Positions 29,800 through 37,411 of a stretch of 64,000 nt of DNA are shown here, piece after piece (the stretch's first letter is position 1; every line of letters begins with the position of its first letter). The notes beneath the pieces are model-generated. The model was not told where the DNA came from and did not search any database. It worked only from the letters and a program-made list of their open reading frames with translations. The stretch is from a virus (taxonomy: Duplodnaviria > Heunggongvirae > Uroviricota > Caudoviricetes). The stretch lies in the IMG/VR virus record IMGVR_UViG_3300045996_000470, positions 34,667 to 98,666 of that record. One strand, 5' to 3'. The position numbers were made by a program, and so were the translations under genes.

Positions 29800-31020
29800 C
29801 TATTCGTCCTCTATGAGTACATCTGAGACCCCACAACGGTTTCGAGCTAGTTCCCAGAGTCCGGAATGTACAACTCCTTGCATTTGAAGGTCATACAGTT
29901 CCTCTAGAACCTCTCCCATCTTAGGGGAAGGCTCCATACCATACTGTATCAGATACTTGCCCGTAACCACTGGCTTAATAGGCTCTTCTTCAATTCTAAG
30001 CCTATCAATCGTCTCAGCAAACCTAGTTGCAAACGCCTTAGCCGTTGGGAAACAGCTTACGACTCTAGCCATTAGCTTCATAGAAATCTTCTGAGAAAGC
30101 TTATGGAAATCATAGTCCGTTTCTAGTCCACCGAAAGGCATATTGTCAAGGATAGCCTCGACATGCTTTCGTACAGGATAGCCGTTTACAGAGTTCACTC
30201 CTAGTTCATCCAAAAGCGTATACTCCGAACCGTATGCAAACATTGTCAGGATAACCGTTAAACGTTCCTCGTACGACAGACCCTCTACATTGAAAACACT
30301 GTTAAACAGTCCGTCTGCAAGGTGTTCATTAAATCTAAAGCTAGGAAATAGTTTTTCCACAATCCCTAGACTTTCAAGCTTAGTAACACCAAACGGAAGG
30401 TTTGGAGACTTCGTAAGAAGCTTTTCCATTTCTCCCCAAATTCTTTCTTTGGGAAGGTCAGACAAATCCGTTTCGTATGCCAGCATTTGCGTACGCGAGT
30501 CTACTTCAAACCCAAACCTAGAAGCAAACTGTGCGCAACGAAGAACTCGAAGAGAATCCTCTTGGAAAGCCTTGTCTGAGACAGCACGAAGGATACCATT
30601 TTGAAGGTCAATAACCCCACCCCACGGGTCAACAAGTTCATCCGTAAGCGGGTCTTTCATAATAGCGTTAATCGTAAAGTCTCGCCTTGAGCAAGCCTCT
30701 TCGAAAGACATATGAGGGTCACCCTCAACAGTAAAACCTTTGTGACCTACGCCCGTTTTCTTTTCACGCCTCGGAAGAGATACGTCAATATCCTGTCCAA
30801 GTTTATAGACAGCAAAGGAAGCACCAACTTCGTCAACCTTACCAAAAGTTCCTAGCACTTCCCGCAGACGTTCAGGCTCAAGACCATAGATTTCTATGTC
30901 AATGTCTTTCGAAGCTATCCCTAGAATCTCGTCGCGTACACATCCACCAACGAGCATAGCTCGACCGCCTGCCTCCCGCACTTGTTCTGCTAGGTCTGTA
31001 ATAAGACTGTTGTGTTTCAT
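29800..31020 (-). CDS. cca: tRNA nucleotidyltransferase (CCA-adding enzyme, class II)
   Basis: 406 aa; head motif GRAMLVGGCVRDEILGIASKDIDIEIYG (GGxVRD...DxD) characteristic of CCA-adding enzymes/poly(A) polymerases; its ATG overlaps the TGA of the upstream minimal-NTase gene (ATGA). Confidence 0.7.
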   Translation of the reverse strand: MKHNSLITDLAEQVREAGGRAMLVGGCVRDEILGIASKDIDIEIYGLEPERLREVLGTFGKVDEVGASFAVYKLGQDIDVSLPRREKKTGVGHKGFTVEGDPHMSFEEACSRRDFTINAIMKDPLTDELVDPWGGVIDLQNGILRAVSDKAFQEDSLRVLRCAQFASRFGFEVDSRTQMLAYETDLSDLPKERIWGEMEKLLTKSPNLPFGVTKLESLGIVEKLFPSFRFNEHLADGLFNSVFNVEGLSYEERLTVILTMFAYGSEYTLLDELGVNSVNGYPVRKHVEAILDNMPFGGLETDYDFHKLSQKISMKLMARVVSCFPTAKAFATRFAETIDRLRIEEEPIKPVVTGKYLIQYGMEPSPKMGEVLEELYDLQMQGVVHSGLWELARNRCGVSDVLIEDE

Positions 31021-31319
31021 ATGCTACCGTGCCTTAAGTGTGAGTAAACTTCCTCAAAGGAATGTAACCACCTATATTCTACTCTCAATCCCTCTATCTC
31101 TACGTGTCCTATGTAATCCTCTAAGCCTACTTCTACTAAATCTGCTTTGCCTATGTCTACTACGAAACAATCCAAATCTGAATCCTTTCTCCATCCACCG
31201 GTAATACGAGAACCAAACAACTTGATGTTATCTTCCGAACAATCCAAAGTTTTTGCTATCTTGCTTTTAATTTGTTTTGGAGAGTACCCATTTAAAGATT
31301 CCATCCTTCTATTGTACAC
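31017..31319 (-). CDS. minimal nucleotidyltransferase (MNT / Pol-beta-like NTase domain protein)
   Basis: 100 aa; motif LFGSRITGGWRKDSDLDCFVV (GS...DxD); translationally coupled (ATGA) to the CCA-adding enzyme gene. Confidence 0.5.
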   Translation of the reverse strand: MYNRRMESLNGYSPKQIKSKIAKTLDCSEDNIKLFGSRITGGWRKDSDLDCFVVDIGKADLVEVGLEDYIGHVEIEGLRVEYRWLHSFEEVYSHLRHGSI

Positions 31320-31524
31320 GATTATAGTCTCTTGTCAAGAACTCTTCAATCGAATCTTGTGACTGCTCAAATTCTTCAAGAGCATCACGCCTAGCTTGCT
31401 TAAGCTGAAGTCTATCCTCTACTGTACGCCTTCTGTTGACTTCTGTGATTAAATACCATAAGACTATAGGAGTTACAACAAAGACTATAAATCCAACGGC
31501 TGTAAAAAATGCTATCTTTCCCAT
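31309..31524 (-). CDS. small membrane protein
   Basis: 71 aa; N-terminal transmembrane helix AFFTAVGFIVFVVTPIVLWYLI. Confidence 0.35.
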   Translation of the reverse strand: MGKIAFFTAVGFIVFVVTPIVLWYLITEVNRRRTVEDRLQLKQARRDALEEFEQSQDSIEEFLTRDYNRVQ

Positions 31525-31528
31525 AATT

Positions 31529-31552
31529 TTATAGGGGAGTCTTGCTCCCCTT
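31529..31552 (-). terminator. intergenic hairpin (weak terminator or processing site)
   Basis: GGGGAG-caaga-CTCCCC on the - strand between two genes; the downstream U-tract is poor (UAUAAAAUU). Confidence 0.3.
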
Positions 31553-31556
31553 TAGT

Positions 31557-32363
31557 TTATTTACTTGGCAATTGAAGAATTGGACTGTTGTTTCCTTGAC
31601 CAAAGATAAGTGTTCCTTGGTGGGCACTCCACGCCTTTGCCTCCTCGACCCGAAGCTTCTGCATTTCTAGTGCATAAATCTTAGGATTCTCAAAGTTCTG
31701 TGCTTGGATTTTCTTAGTCTCCGTCTCGACAATAGCTGCTGACTGTGCCGCGTCTGCTGCTTCCTTAAGCTTTTGGTTAGCTACAACCTTAGACGCTGCC
31801 AACTCAATGTCGTTGTTTTCAAAGTCTGGTGCTGTCATAAGCTGAACTGATTCTATCTCCTGTCTCAACTGAGTCTCTAGAATTACTTTCAACTTAGTAA
31901 AGATGGCATTCTGAATAGTTCCTTGATTAGCCATTAACGTGTAAGCGTCATACGGTGCTACCGCATTTCTAACTTCTGTGTTGATATGTCCCACAAGAAC
32001 CTTGTTAAATGACTTGTCTCTAGTTGTTTCTTCAACACCAAACTGTGCAATGTGTTCTCTGATAGACGCATCATCGTTTTTTAAGTGATAAGTAACTGCA
32101 ACCTGAAGATTTAGACGAGCGTTATCTTTTGACTGTGCCTGAACCGTGATAGGTTCTGTTGTAATAGACTTCACTGATACAGGATGATATTCACTTCCCA
32201 TAATAAAGATAGTCCACTTTCCCCCGCTTTCCGGACGTATAATTTCCCCCGGAACGTCCCAAATTGTTTCGTACTGGACAGTTCCCTGTTCAGCAGTAAT
32301 CCAACATCCTGTGAAAAACATAGTGCTGACAAGCACTAATCCTAATAGTAGTTTTTGTTTCAT
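31557..32363 (-). CDS. SPFH (band-7/prohibitin-like) domain lipoprotein
   Basis: 268 aa; signal peptide with lipobox LVLVSTMFFTG-C; central region (NARLNLQVAVTYHL...IREHIAQFGVEETT...) and a C-terminal Ala/Gln-rich helix typical of SPFH proteins. Confidence 0.5.
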   Translation of the reverse strand: MKQKLLLGLVLVSTMFFTGCWITAEQGTVQYETIWDVPGEIIRPESGGKWTIFIMGSEYHPVSVKSITTEPITVQAQSKDNARLNLQVAVTYHLKNDDASIREHIAQFGVEETTRDKSFNKVLVGHINTEVRNAVAPYDAYTLMANQGTIQNAIFTKLKVILETQLRQEIESVQLMTAPDFENNDIELAASKVVANQKLKEAADAAQSAAIVETETKKIQAQNFENPKIYALEMQKLRVEEAKAWSAHQGTLIFGQGNNSPILQLPSK

Positions 32364-32368
32364 AATTT

Positions 32369-32647
32369 TTATTTGTAAGTTATAATACAGTCGCCCTTGG
32401 CTCTTTGATTCTGTCCGTTTTTGGAATATTGAATATAACCACTATCAAGAATGTAGTGGTACTCAACATTCGTTTCCTTTAAAATCTCAGTCCCTTGTGA
32501 ATAGCAAGTTATGTCCACCTTAGAGTACTGAGTCACACATCCGACTAAAGAAACTGCTCCCAAACATATCAATGCGATTAGTAATTTTTTCATATTATTT
32601 TTTAGGTATGGCATAACAAGTGCCAGTAAACTTGTGCCTCTTCCCAT
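32369..32647 (-). CDS. small lipoprotein
   Basis: 92 aa; lipobox LVG-C. Confidence 0.35.
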   Translation of the reverse strand: MGRGTSLLALVMPYLKNNMKKLLIALICLGAVSLVGCVTQYSKVDITCYSQGTEILKETNVEYHYILDSGYIQYSKNGQNQRAKGDCIITYK

Positions 32648-32840
32648 CTAATGTATAGTACGTTGTACCTTGATAGCTTTCTACTCCCTGCGCTTCAATA
32701 TCTAAAACCACTTTCTCTCCTGCGTAGCAGACTAATGTAAACTTCTCTTGGGACGCATGGTAACTAAAATAAGTAACCAATAGGGAAATTGCTAACACTA
32801 TTCCCAAGAGGATGCACAATATTTTATAACCCACCGGCAT
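32595..32840 (-). CDS. small membrane protein (overlaps the downstream lipoprotein gene)
   Basis: 81 aa; N-terminal transmembrane helix ILCILLGIVLAISLLVTYF; 53-nt overlap with 32369-32647. Confidence 0.3.
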   Translation of the reverse strand: MPVGYKILCILLGIVLAISLLVTYFSYHASQEKFTLVCYAGEKVVLDIEAQGVESYQGTTYYTLDGKRHKFTGTCYAIPKK

Positions 32841-33045
32841 GTTTTAATTCCTTTATTTCTTTTTTCAATTCAACAATCTCTCTGTCTCTTGCTTTTAAAA
32901 TATTTCTTAAATCGTTTGCAACATCCCTTGCATTCTGCCTGATTCCGTAACACTCTGCTGTTGAGTGCATTGGTAAATCTCTGCCGGTACAAGAAATAAG
33001 AGTGAAACTAATCACTATCCCTAAAACGATTTTTAGCATTTTCAA
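32824..33045 (-). CDS. small lipoprotein with C-terminal coiled coil
   Basis: 73 aa; lipobox TLIS-C; C-terminus DLRNILKARDREIVELKKEIKELK. Confidence 0.35.
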   Translation of the reverse strand: MKMLKIVLGIVISFTLISCTGRDLPMHSTAECYGIRQNARDVANDLRNILKARDREIVELKKEIKELKHAGGL

Positions 33046-33262
33046 AGCCCCCTAAGTATCCTGAAAGATATTTGATAACGTCCGCAACCTCTCCGTGAAT
33101 TACATAAAAATGGTTGTCTGGATAGACTTGAAAGATAGTAACCTTTCCAGACTCGTGTTGCTGCGCTTCCCACCTGACTTCGGTCACTTTAGTTAGGTTG
33201 CTCAGTAACATCACCAGTATTCGGGCGAGTGCCATCTGCGTACCTTTTTCTATCTCGTTCAT
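33008..33262 (-). CDS. hypothetical protein
   Basis: 84 aa; overlaps neighbours; the real start may be internal. Confidence 0.25.
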   Translation of the reverse strand: MNEIEKGTQMALARILVMLLSNLTKVTEVRWEAQQHESGKVTIFQVYPDNHFYVIHGEVADVIKYLSGYLGGFENAKNRFRDSD

Positions 33263-33506
33263 TTAATTCCTGTGACAACCATTTCATCATTTTAGATTCT
33301 GAAAGTGAATTGCCTTGTTCATACTGCCCCGGCATATCTCCTACTGCTCTGTAAAAAGTATACTCCAGTCCCTCACTGAAACAAGCTGAGACTGTTTTCT
33401 CTATCAAGAGAAGAGGCTCTTCAAGTCCCTTGTTGTATTCTATTAACAGAAGCTCAATAACTTTATTAGTTAGTTCTTCTTGTTTTTCAATTGTGTGGGT
33501 TATCAT
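33189..33506 (-). CDS. hypothetical protein (first gene of a leaderless operon)
   Basis: 105 aa; ATG sits 7 nt downstream of the -10 TATACT. Confidence 0.35.
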   Translation of the reverse strand: MITHTIEKQEELTNKVIELLLIEYNKGLEEPLLLIEKTVSACFSEGLEYTFYRAVGDMPGQYEQGNSLSESKMMKWLSQELNERDRKRYADGTRPNTGDVTEQPN

Positions 33507-33513
33507 ATAAAAT

Positions 33514-33541
33514 AGTATACAGGATTTTGTAGAAAAGTCAA
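33514..33541 (-). promoter_or_regulatory. leaderless sigma70-type promoter (copy 1 of a family)
   Basis: - strand TTGACT, 16 nt, TATACT, 7 nt, ATG. Confidence 0.5.
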
Positions 33542-33783
33542 GGGAGGAAGTATTTTAAGGTGACAAAGAACGCTCCTGCGATTGTAAAGGCTACAGCCCA
33601 TTGAAAAAACAACCGTATCCAGCCTTTGATTCTTTCCCAGCGTGGCTCTTCTGTGCCTTCTACTTCAATGTAATGCTCAAACATAGGTTCGGGGCTATTT
33701 CTAGCCCCTCTCGCCCCCGCAACCACCAACAGTTTATAGATACGTTGGCTATCTATCTGTGTAATCTGACTTACCCTTATCAA
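33538..33783 (-). CDS. small membrane protein
   Basis: 81 aa; C-terminal transmembrane segment WAVAFTIAGAFFVTL. Confidence 0.3.
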   Translation of the reverse strand: MIRVSQITQIDSQRIYKLLVVAGARGARNSPEPMFEHYIEVEGTEEPRWERIKGWIRLFFQWAVAFTIAGAFFVTLKYFLP

Positions 33784-34879
33784 ATAGATAAGTATTAGTC
33801 AGGTACTTCAGAATAACTCGACCTACTTTATGGTCGTATCTTTCCTTAATAGGCTTAATAACAACGCCTTCCATCGGATGCTCTGGACTCAATAGAGATT
33901 CTTTGGAAATCTTCTCAACAGAGTTTATGATATTGTCGTAGTCATAGCTCATGTTGTTAAACGTAGGAACTGTTTCTACTCCGTGCAGTCTGCAAAGAGT
34001 CAAGAACATTTCTTGGTCTGCGTATTTCCCGTCAACCAATAAATCAAATGCTCTGAAACCAATTCCATTCTTGATTCCGTAATTATATTTCTTCTGGACA
34101 ATGCCAAAGACTTCTCCAAAAAGAATTACTTGCTTTGCATCTTGTCCTATTGTTAGAAGTAAATTACGAATAGAAGGCAGTGTCAGAGGATACCAATAAG
34201 TATTCCTCTCCATATCCTTATCCTCAGGTTTCTTCCTACGAAGCCCGTGAGAACCTGCCATAAACTCTCCCTCGATAAGCCCTACTCGGCAGTTAGTTCC
34301 GTGCAGCTTCTCTGTGATTACAACTTCCTCTCCCTCTTCTAGGACATTAGGATAGTTCCTAAGGTTTTCGATAGAAGTGTACTTGACAAATAAGGGATGG
34401 TCTTCCTCTGCATCACCTGCTGTTGCTCTCATTGCAGGTTCATACTTTAGAATGCCTAACAACTCAGCCAAATTATCTCCAAGCTGCAATAAGTTTATAT
34501 CAGTAGAAGCTTTTCCATTAGTGCTCTCACTTACCAATTGACTTACCACATCCCTAGGGATGGTCGTACCAAAGCTAGGCTCACCACGCAGCTTTGCCTG
34601 ACGAACACGAAGCATTGTCTCTCCGTTCTCGTTAGTAACAAACGTACCGTCAGGATTTTTCACTGACTGTAGGTGCTGTTTGATTTCTAGAATATCGGCA
34701 AGCTTCTCTGTAATCAAAGAGTCAGGGGTAATATAAACTACCCTCTCTCCCTCTTTGTAAAGGCCTTTACCGCAAACAATCTGCCATCCGTTAATATCGC
34801 AAATATCTAATCTATCTGCATCAGGATGATTCCTTAAATTTGTAACTTCTGCGACCTGCGCCACTACGTTGCTTGGCAT
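33749..34879 (-). CDS. RNA ligase (Rnl2-like family, KxHGxN motif) with N-terminal tRNA-binding OB (Myf/EMAP-like) domain
   Basis: 376 aa; N-terminus VAEVTNLRNHPDADRLDICDINGWQIVCGKGLYKEGERVVYITPDS matches the tRNA_bind OB fold; nucleotidyltransferase motif I ITEKLHGTNCRV (compare T4 Rnl2 EKIHGTN). Confidence 0.55.
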   Translation of the reverse strand: MPSNVVAQVAEVTNLRNHPDADRLDICDINGWQIVCGKGLYKEGERVVYITPDSLITEKLADILEIKQHLQSVKNPDGTFVTNENGETMLRVRQAKLRGEPSFGTTIPRDVVSQLVSESTNGKASTDINLLQLGDNLAELLGILKYEPAMRATAGDAEEDHPLFVKYTSIENLRNYPNVLEEGEEVVITEKLHGTNCRVGLIEGEFMAGSHGLRRKKPEDKDMERNTYWYPLTLPSIRNLLLTIGQDAKQVILFGEVFGIVQKKYNYGIKNGIGFRAFDLLVDGKYADQEMFLTLCRLHGVETVPTFNNMSYDYDNIINSVEKISKESLLSPEHPMEGVVIKPIKERYDHKVGRVILKYLTNTYLFDKGKSDYTDR

Positions 34880-34891
34880 TATCTTTTCTTC

Positions 34892-35272
34892 CTACTCGTA
34901 AACTGTAATCACCTTTTCTTTAGGGGTAACTTCCTTGCCCCACTCTTCAAAATCTACTCCGTGGTAAGACGAATACCAACCGTCTGTCTTAATGTAAATG
35001 TCGTACTTAGGAAAGAACTTAACTGAGTACCACTCGTCGCCTTGTCCTTCGCCTCCCTTTTGGGCTACTTCATCCCAACCGCCAAGCTCTTCCTTGGCTT
35101 TATTGTAAAGTTCCTCGGCTTCCTCAGAAGTCATTTCTCTCTCTTCGCCAGTTTCAGGGTCATATATCCACTCACCGTCGCCGTAGTCAGGGTCGTCGTG
35201 GGCAAATACAGATAGAGGGAGTCCTGATTTTTTAAGTTTATCTAGAATTTCTTCACCTGTTAGCTTATTCAT
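34892..35272 (-). CDS. hypothetical acidic protein, paralog of 35265-35576
   Basis: 126 aa; shared C-terminal module YDIYIKTDGWYSSYHGVDFEEWGKEVTPKEKVITVYE. Confidence 0.35.
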   Translation of the reverse strand: MNKLTGEEILDKLKKSGLPLSVFAHDDPDYGDGEWIYDPETGEEREMTSEEAEELYNKAKEELGGWDEVAQKGGEGQGDEWYSVKFFPKYDIYIKTDGWYSSYHGVDFEEWGKEVTPKEKVITVYE

Positions 35273-35576
35273 AAATAGTTACCTCAATTTTCTTTGGTCT
35301 TACTTCTTGTAGTGTGTATGTCTCTAGGGCATAGCCAGCACCGTGAGAACCGCTGCGAACCTTGCCTTTAATGTAAACATCGTAGTCTGCAAAGTACCAC
35401 ACGCCCACTGTGTCGTCCCACTCTCCCTCTTGGGTCTTCTGGATGCAGACAAAATTACCTAGCTTGTCTATGTACTTAGCGCTCATACCAAGAAGATTCC
35501 AATCTTCCCAACATTCATTCTCGTCGTAGCCCGGACGAGACTCTTCTAGCACCTCTATAATTTCCTCTGCTGTCAT
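35265..35576 (-). CDS. hypothetical protein, paralog of 34892-35272
   Basis: 103 aa; C-terminus YDVYIKGKVRSGSHGAGYALETYTLQEVRPKKIEVTIYE. Confidence 0.35.
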   Translation of the reverse strand: MTAEEIIEVLEESRPGYDENECWEDWNLLGMSAKYIDKLGNFVCIQKTQEGEWDDTVGVWYFADYDVYIKGKVRSGSHGAGYALETYTLQEVRPKKIEVTIYE

Positions 35577-36349
35577 AACTTCTCCTGAATTTTTTTTACA
35601 AAATTGTACTCAGCCCTCATTAAATCTGGGTACCTTTCTATAGCCCACAGTGCCACATAAAGCGGGGCGTGTGAGATAAGGTACTTCTTAAACATCCTCA
35701 AATAGGCACGCTTGTATGGAAGCTTTCTAAATCTTTCGAAAGCCATCACCATAACTTCCTCACGGATTAAATTCTCTTTCGCCTCATCGGGAGCATTCTC
35801 AAACTTTTGTTCATCAATCTCGACCTCTGCCCCGTCTGCTAACATAGTAGTGTAAGTGGGAGTAGGATTGATAAGAGTGTGAAGATGGTCATGGTCAAAT
35901 TCCTTCAACGCATTGTCAAAGAAATCTGCTGCTGACATTTTCAAATCAGAGCGTGTATTCTTTTCGTGGTACTTGTTCCAATATTCGTACAACTCATAGA
36001 ATACTTCCTTCTGAATCTTCGCTCTCTTCTTCAAAAGAAATTGAATGTCCCACATATGCTTGTCCCAATCAATGTCCCAAAAAATGTGAGACGCCTTAAG
36101 AGTAAGCATCAAATCAGGGTCAAGGACTTCTGACTTGGCGTATTTTAAGATAACAGGATTCTCTAGGAATTCGACTGTAGGAATCGGTTTAAATTCAGTG
36201 CGTTTAAAATCAGCTAGAATCTTTTGAAGCTGTATCTTATCGTCAAGGTTTTCAATAGCATAGTCCAAATCCTTAGGGACTCTATTAAAGTCTGGAAAGT
36301 GGTGCTTAATTGCCGTTGAGCCTATGATTACTGTATTAACCAAACGCAT
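35573..36349 (-). CDS. predicted nucleotidyltransferase-fold protein
   Basis: ~258 aa from the ATG at 36349 (the ORF track starts at a GTG at 36364); N-terminus VIIGSTAIKHHFPDFNRVPKDLDYAI has the GS...DxD pattern of Pol-beta-superfamily NTases; first gene of the operon that ends with the tRNA-binding RNA ligase. Confidence 0.35.
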   Translation of the reverse strand: MRLVNTVIIGSTAIKHHFPDFNRVPKDLDYAIENLDDKIQLQKILADFKRTEFKPIPTVEFLENPVILKYAKSEVLDPDLMLTLKASHIFWDIDWDKHMWDIQFLLKKRAKIQKEVFYELYEYWNKYHEKNTRSDLKMSAADFFDNALKEFDHDHLHTLINPTPTYTTMLADGAEVEIDEQKFENAPDEAKENLIREEVMVMAFERFRKLPYKRAYLRMFKKYLISHAPLYVALWAIERYPDLMRAEYNFVKKIQEKL

Positions 36350-36355
36350 AGGAAT

Positions 36356-36383
36356 ATGATACACTATTTTGTAGAATTGTCAA
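36356..36383 (-). promoter_or_regulatory. leaderless sigma70-type promoter (copy 2)
   Basis: - strand TTGACA, 16 nt, TATCAT, 6 nt, ATG (36349). Confidence 0.5.
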
Positions 36384-36487
36384 TAGGGTTGGAGGCACGT
36401 AAAGGATTCGAACCAATGAGTTTTCTTGAAGCTTTTATTTCGAAATTATTACTTCCTACTCTGTCCCTCTTTTCCATCTAGCGTTAC

Positions 36488-36781
36488 TTAAGCCCCTAGA
36501 TTTTCAAGTGACAACGTACCGTACTCTTCCATCCAAAGATAAGGACTAGGAGGGTACTTATCAAAGTCGTACACTCCGTAATGTCTAAAGTCTGCATCAA
36601 GGGGAACTGCATTGGCTTGCTTTTTACGGAAACAAGCCGCACAATTTCCCCTATTGCCACAGATACAAGTCTCTGCTTTAGATTTACAAGGTTGACACCT
36701 ACGGTATTCTCCTCTCCATTCCCACTTCATGTTTTCGGGAATCTCTTTTTTGCAGTACCAACACTTTATTTCGTGTTTCAT
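36488..36781 (-). CDS. Cys-rich zinc-finger protein
   Basis: 97 aa; CWYCKK...CQPCKSKAETCICGNRGNCAAC. Confidence 0.4.
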   Translation of the reverse strand: MKHEIKCWYCKKEIPENMKWEWRGEYRRCQPCKSKAETCICGNRGNCAACFRKKQANAVPLDADFRHYGVYDFDKYPPSPYLWMEEYGTLSLENLGA

Positions 36782-36782
36782 A

Positions 36783-37169
36783 TTAACTAGAAGCTAGAGG
36801 AAACCTATTCTTAATAGTCCTCAAAGCCAAATCCAATGGCGTCTTACCCTCTGGATATTTCTTAGTGTTCCAAGTCGTTGCTCCAATAAGGAAACAAATA
36901 CTCGTAAGACAGTTGCCCGTATCAGGCTCGTGAAACTTAGTCACAGGCACTTTAAGTTTTCTCAACTCGTCGTAAGCTTCCTGCAACTGCGTGTCACTAA
37001 ACGCTTCAAGAAGGATAATCGTCTTATCTTTTCTTGCCCAACGCTGCCACTCAGGGGTATCGTAATACTTCAATGCGTATTCCGTACCTGCGTGGTCACT
37101 CTGGATGCCCTGCTGTCTGCCCGACAAGTGCCTCAATGTAATTGTAATTCTTCTCTGCTCAGTCGTCAT
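36783..37169 (-). CDS. peptidyl-tRNA hydrolase, PTH2-like
   Basis: 128 aa; ITITLRHLSGRQQGIQSDHAG aligns with PTH2 [22 protein letters not shown], and EWQRWARKDKTIILLEAFSDTQLQEAYDELRKLKVPVTKFHEPDTGN...LIG aligns with the PTH2 QW...PKVVVKA...L...GL...IQDAGRT...LGIG region. Confidence 0.5.
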   Translation of the reverse strand: MTTEQRRITITLRHLSGRQQGIQSDHAGTEYALKYYDTPEWQRWARKDKTIILLEAFSDTQLQEAYDELRKLKVPVTKFHEPDTGNCLTSICFLIGATTWNTKKYPEGKTPLDLALRTIKNRFPLASS

Positions 37170-37197
37170 ATTATCTTCCTACAAATCTTTCATTTGT

Positions 37198-37377
37198 TTA
37201 GTCCTCTCTTATAATTAATCTTAGTAACACAAATGCTATTGAAATGCACGCCAGTATTCCAAAACCTATTCCCATTGAAGTGGGGTTAAGCACCGTAAGT
37301 ATTAATGTAAATACATTTATCCCAAGTAAAACGTAGTGCGCTTTTCTACTGTCTAAAATAGTGAGTAATCTTTCCAT
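37198..37377 (-). CDS. small membrane protein (59 aa, below the ORF-track cut-off)
   Basis: MERLLTILDSRKAHYVLLGINVFTLILTVLNPTSMGIGFGILACISIAFVLLRLIIRED; ATG 6 nt after the -10 of promoter copy 3. Confidence 0.35.
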   Translation of the reverse strand: MERLLTILDSRKAHYVLLGINVFTLILTVLNPTSMGIGFGILACISIAFVLLRLIIRED

Positions 37378-37383
37378 ATAGAT

Positions 37384-37411
37384 ATCCTAACAGGTTTTAG
37401 GAAAAAGTCAA
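37384..37411 (-). promoter_or_regulatory. leaderless sigma70-type promoter (copy 3)
   Basis: - strand TTGACT, 16 nt, TAGGAT, 6 nt, ATG (37377). Confidence 0.4.

Noticed and set aside
36390-36470. A complete tRNA gene on the minus strand
   Set aside because: Only the T-loop, acceptor 3' strand and CCA are recognisable. No complementary 5' acceptor strand, D-arm or anticodon arm can be paired upstream. Kept only as a low-interest fragment observation.
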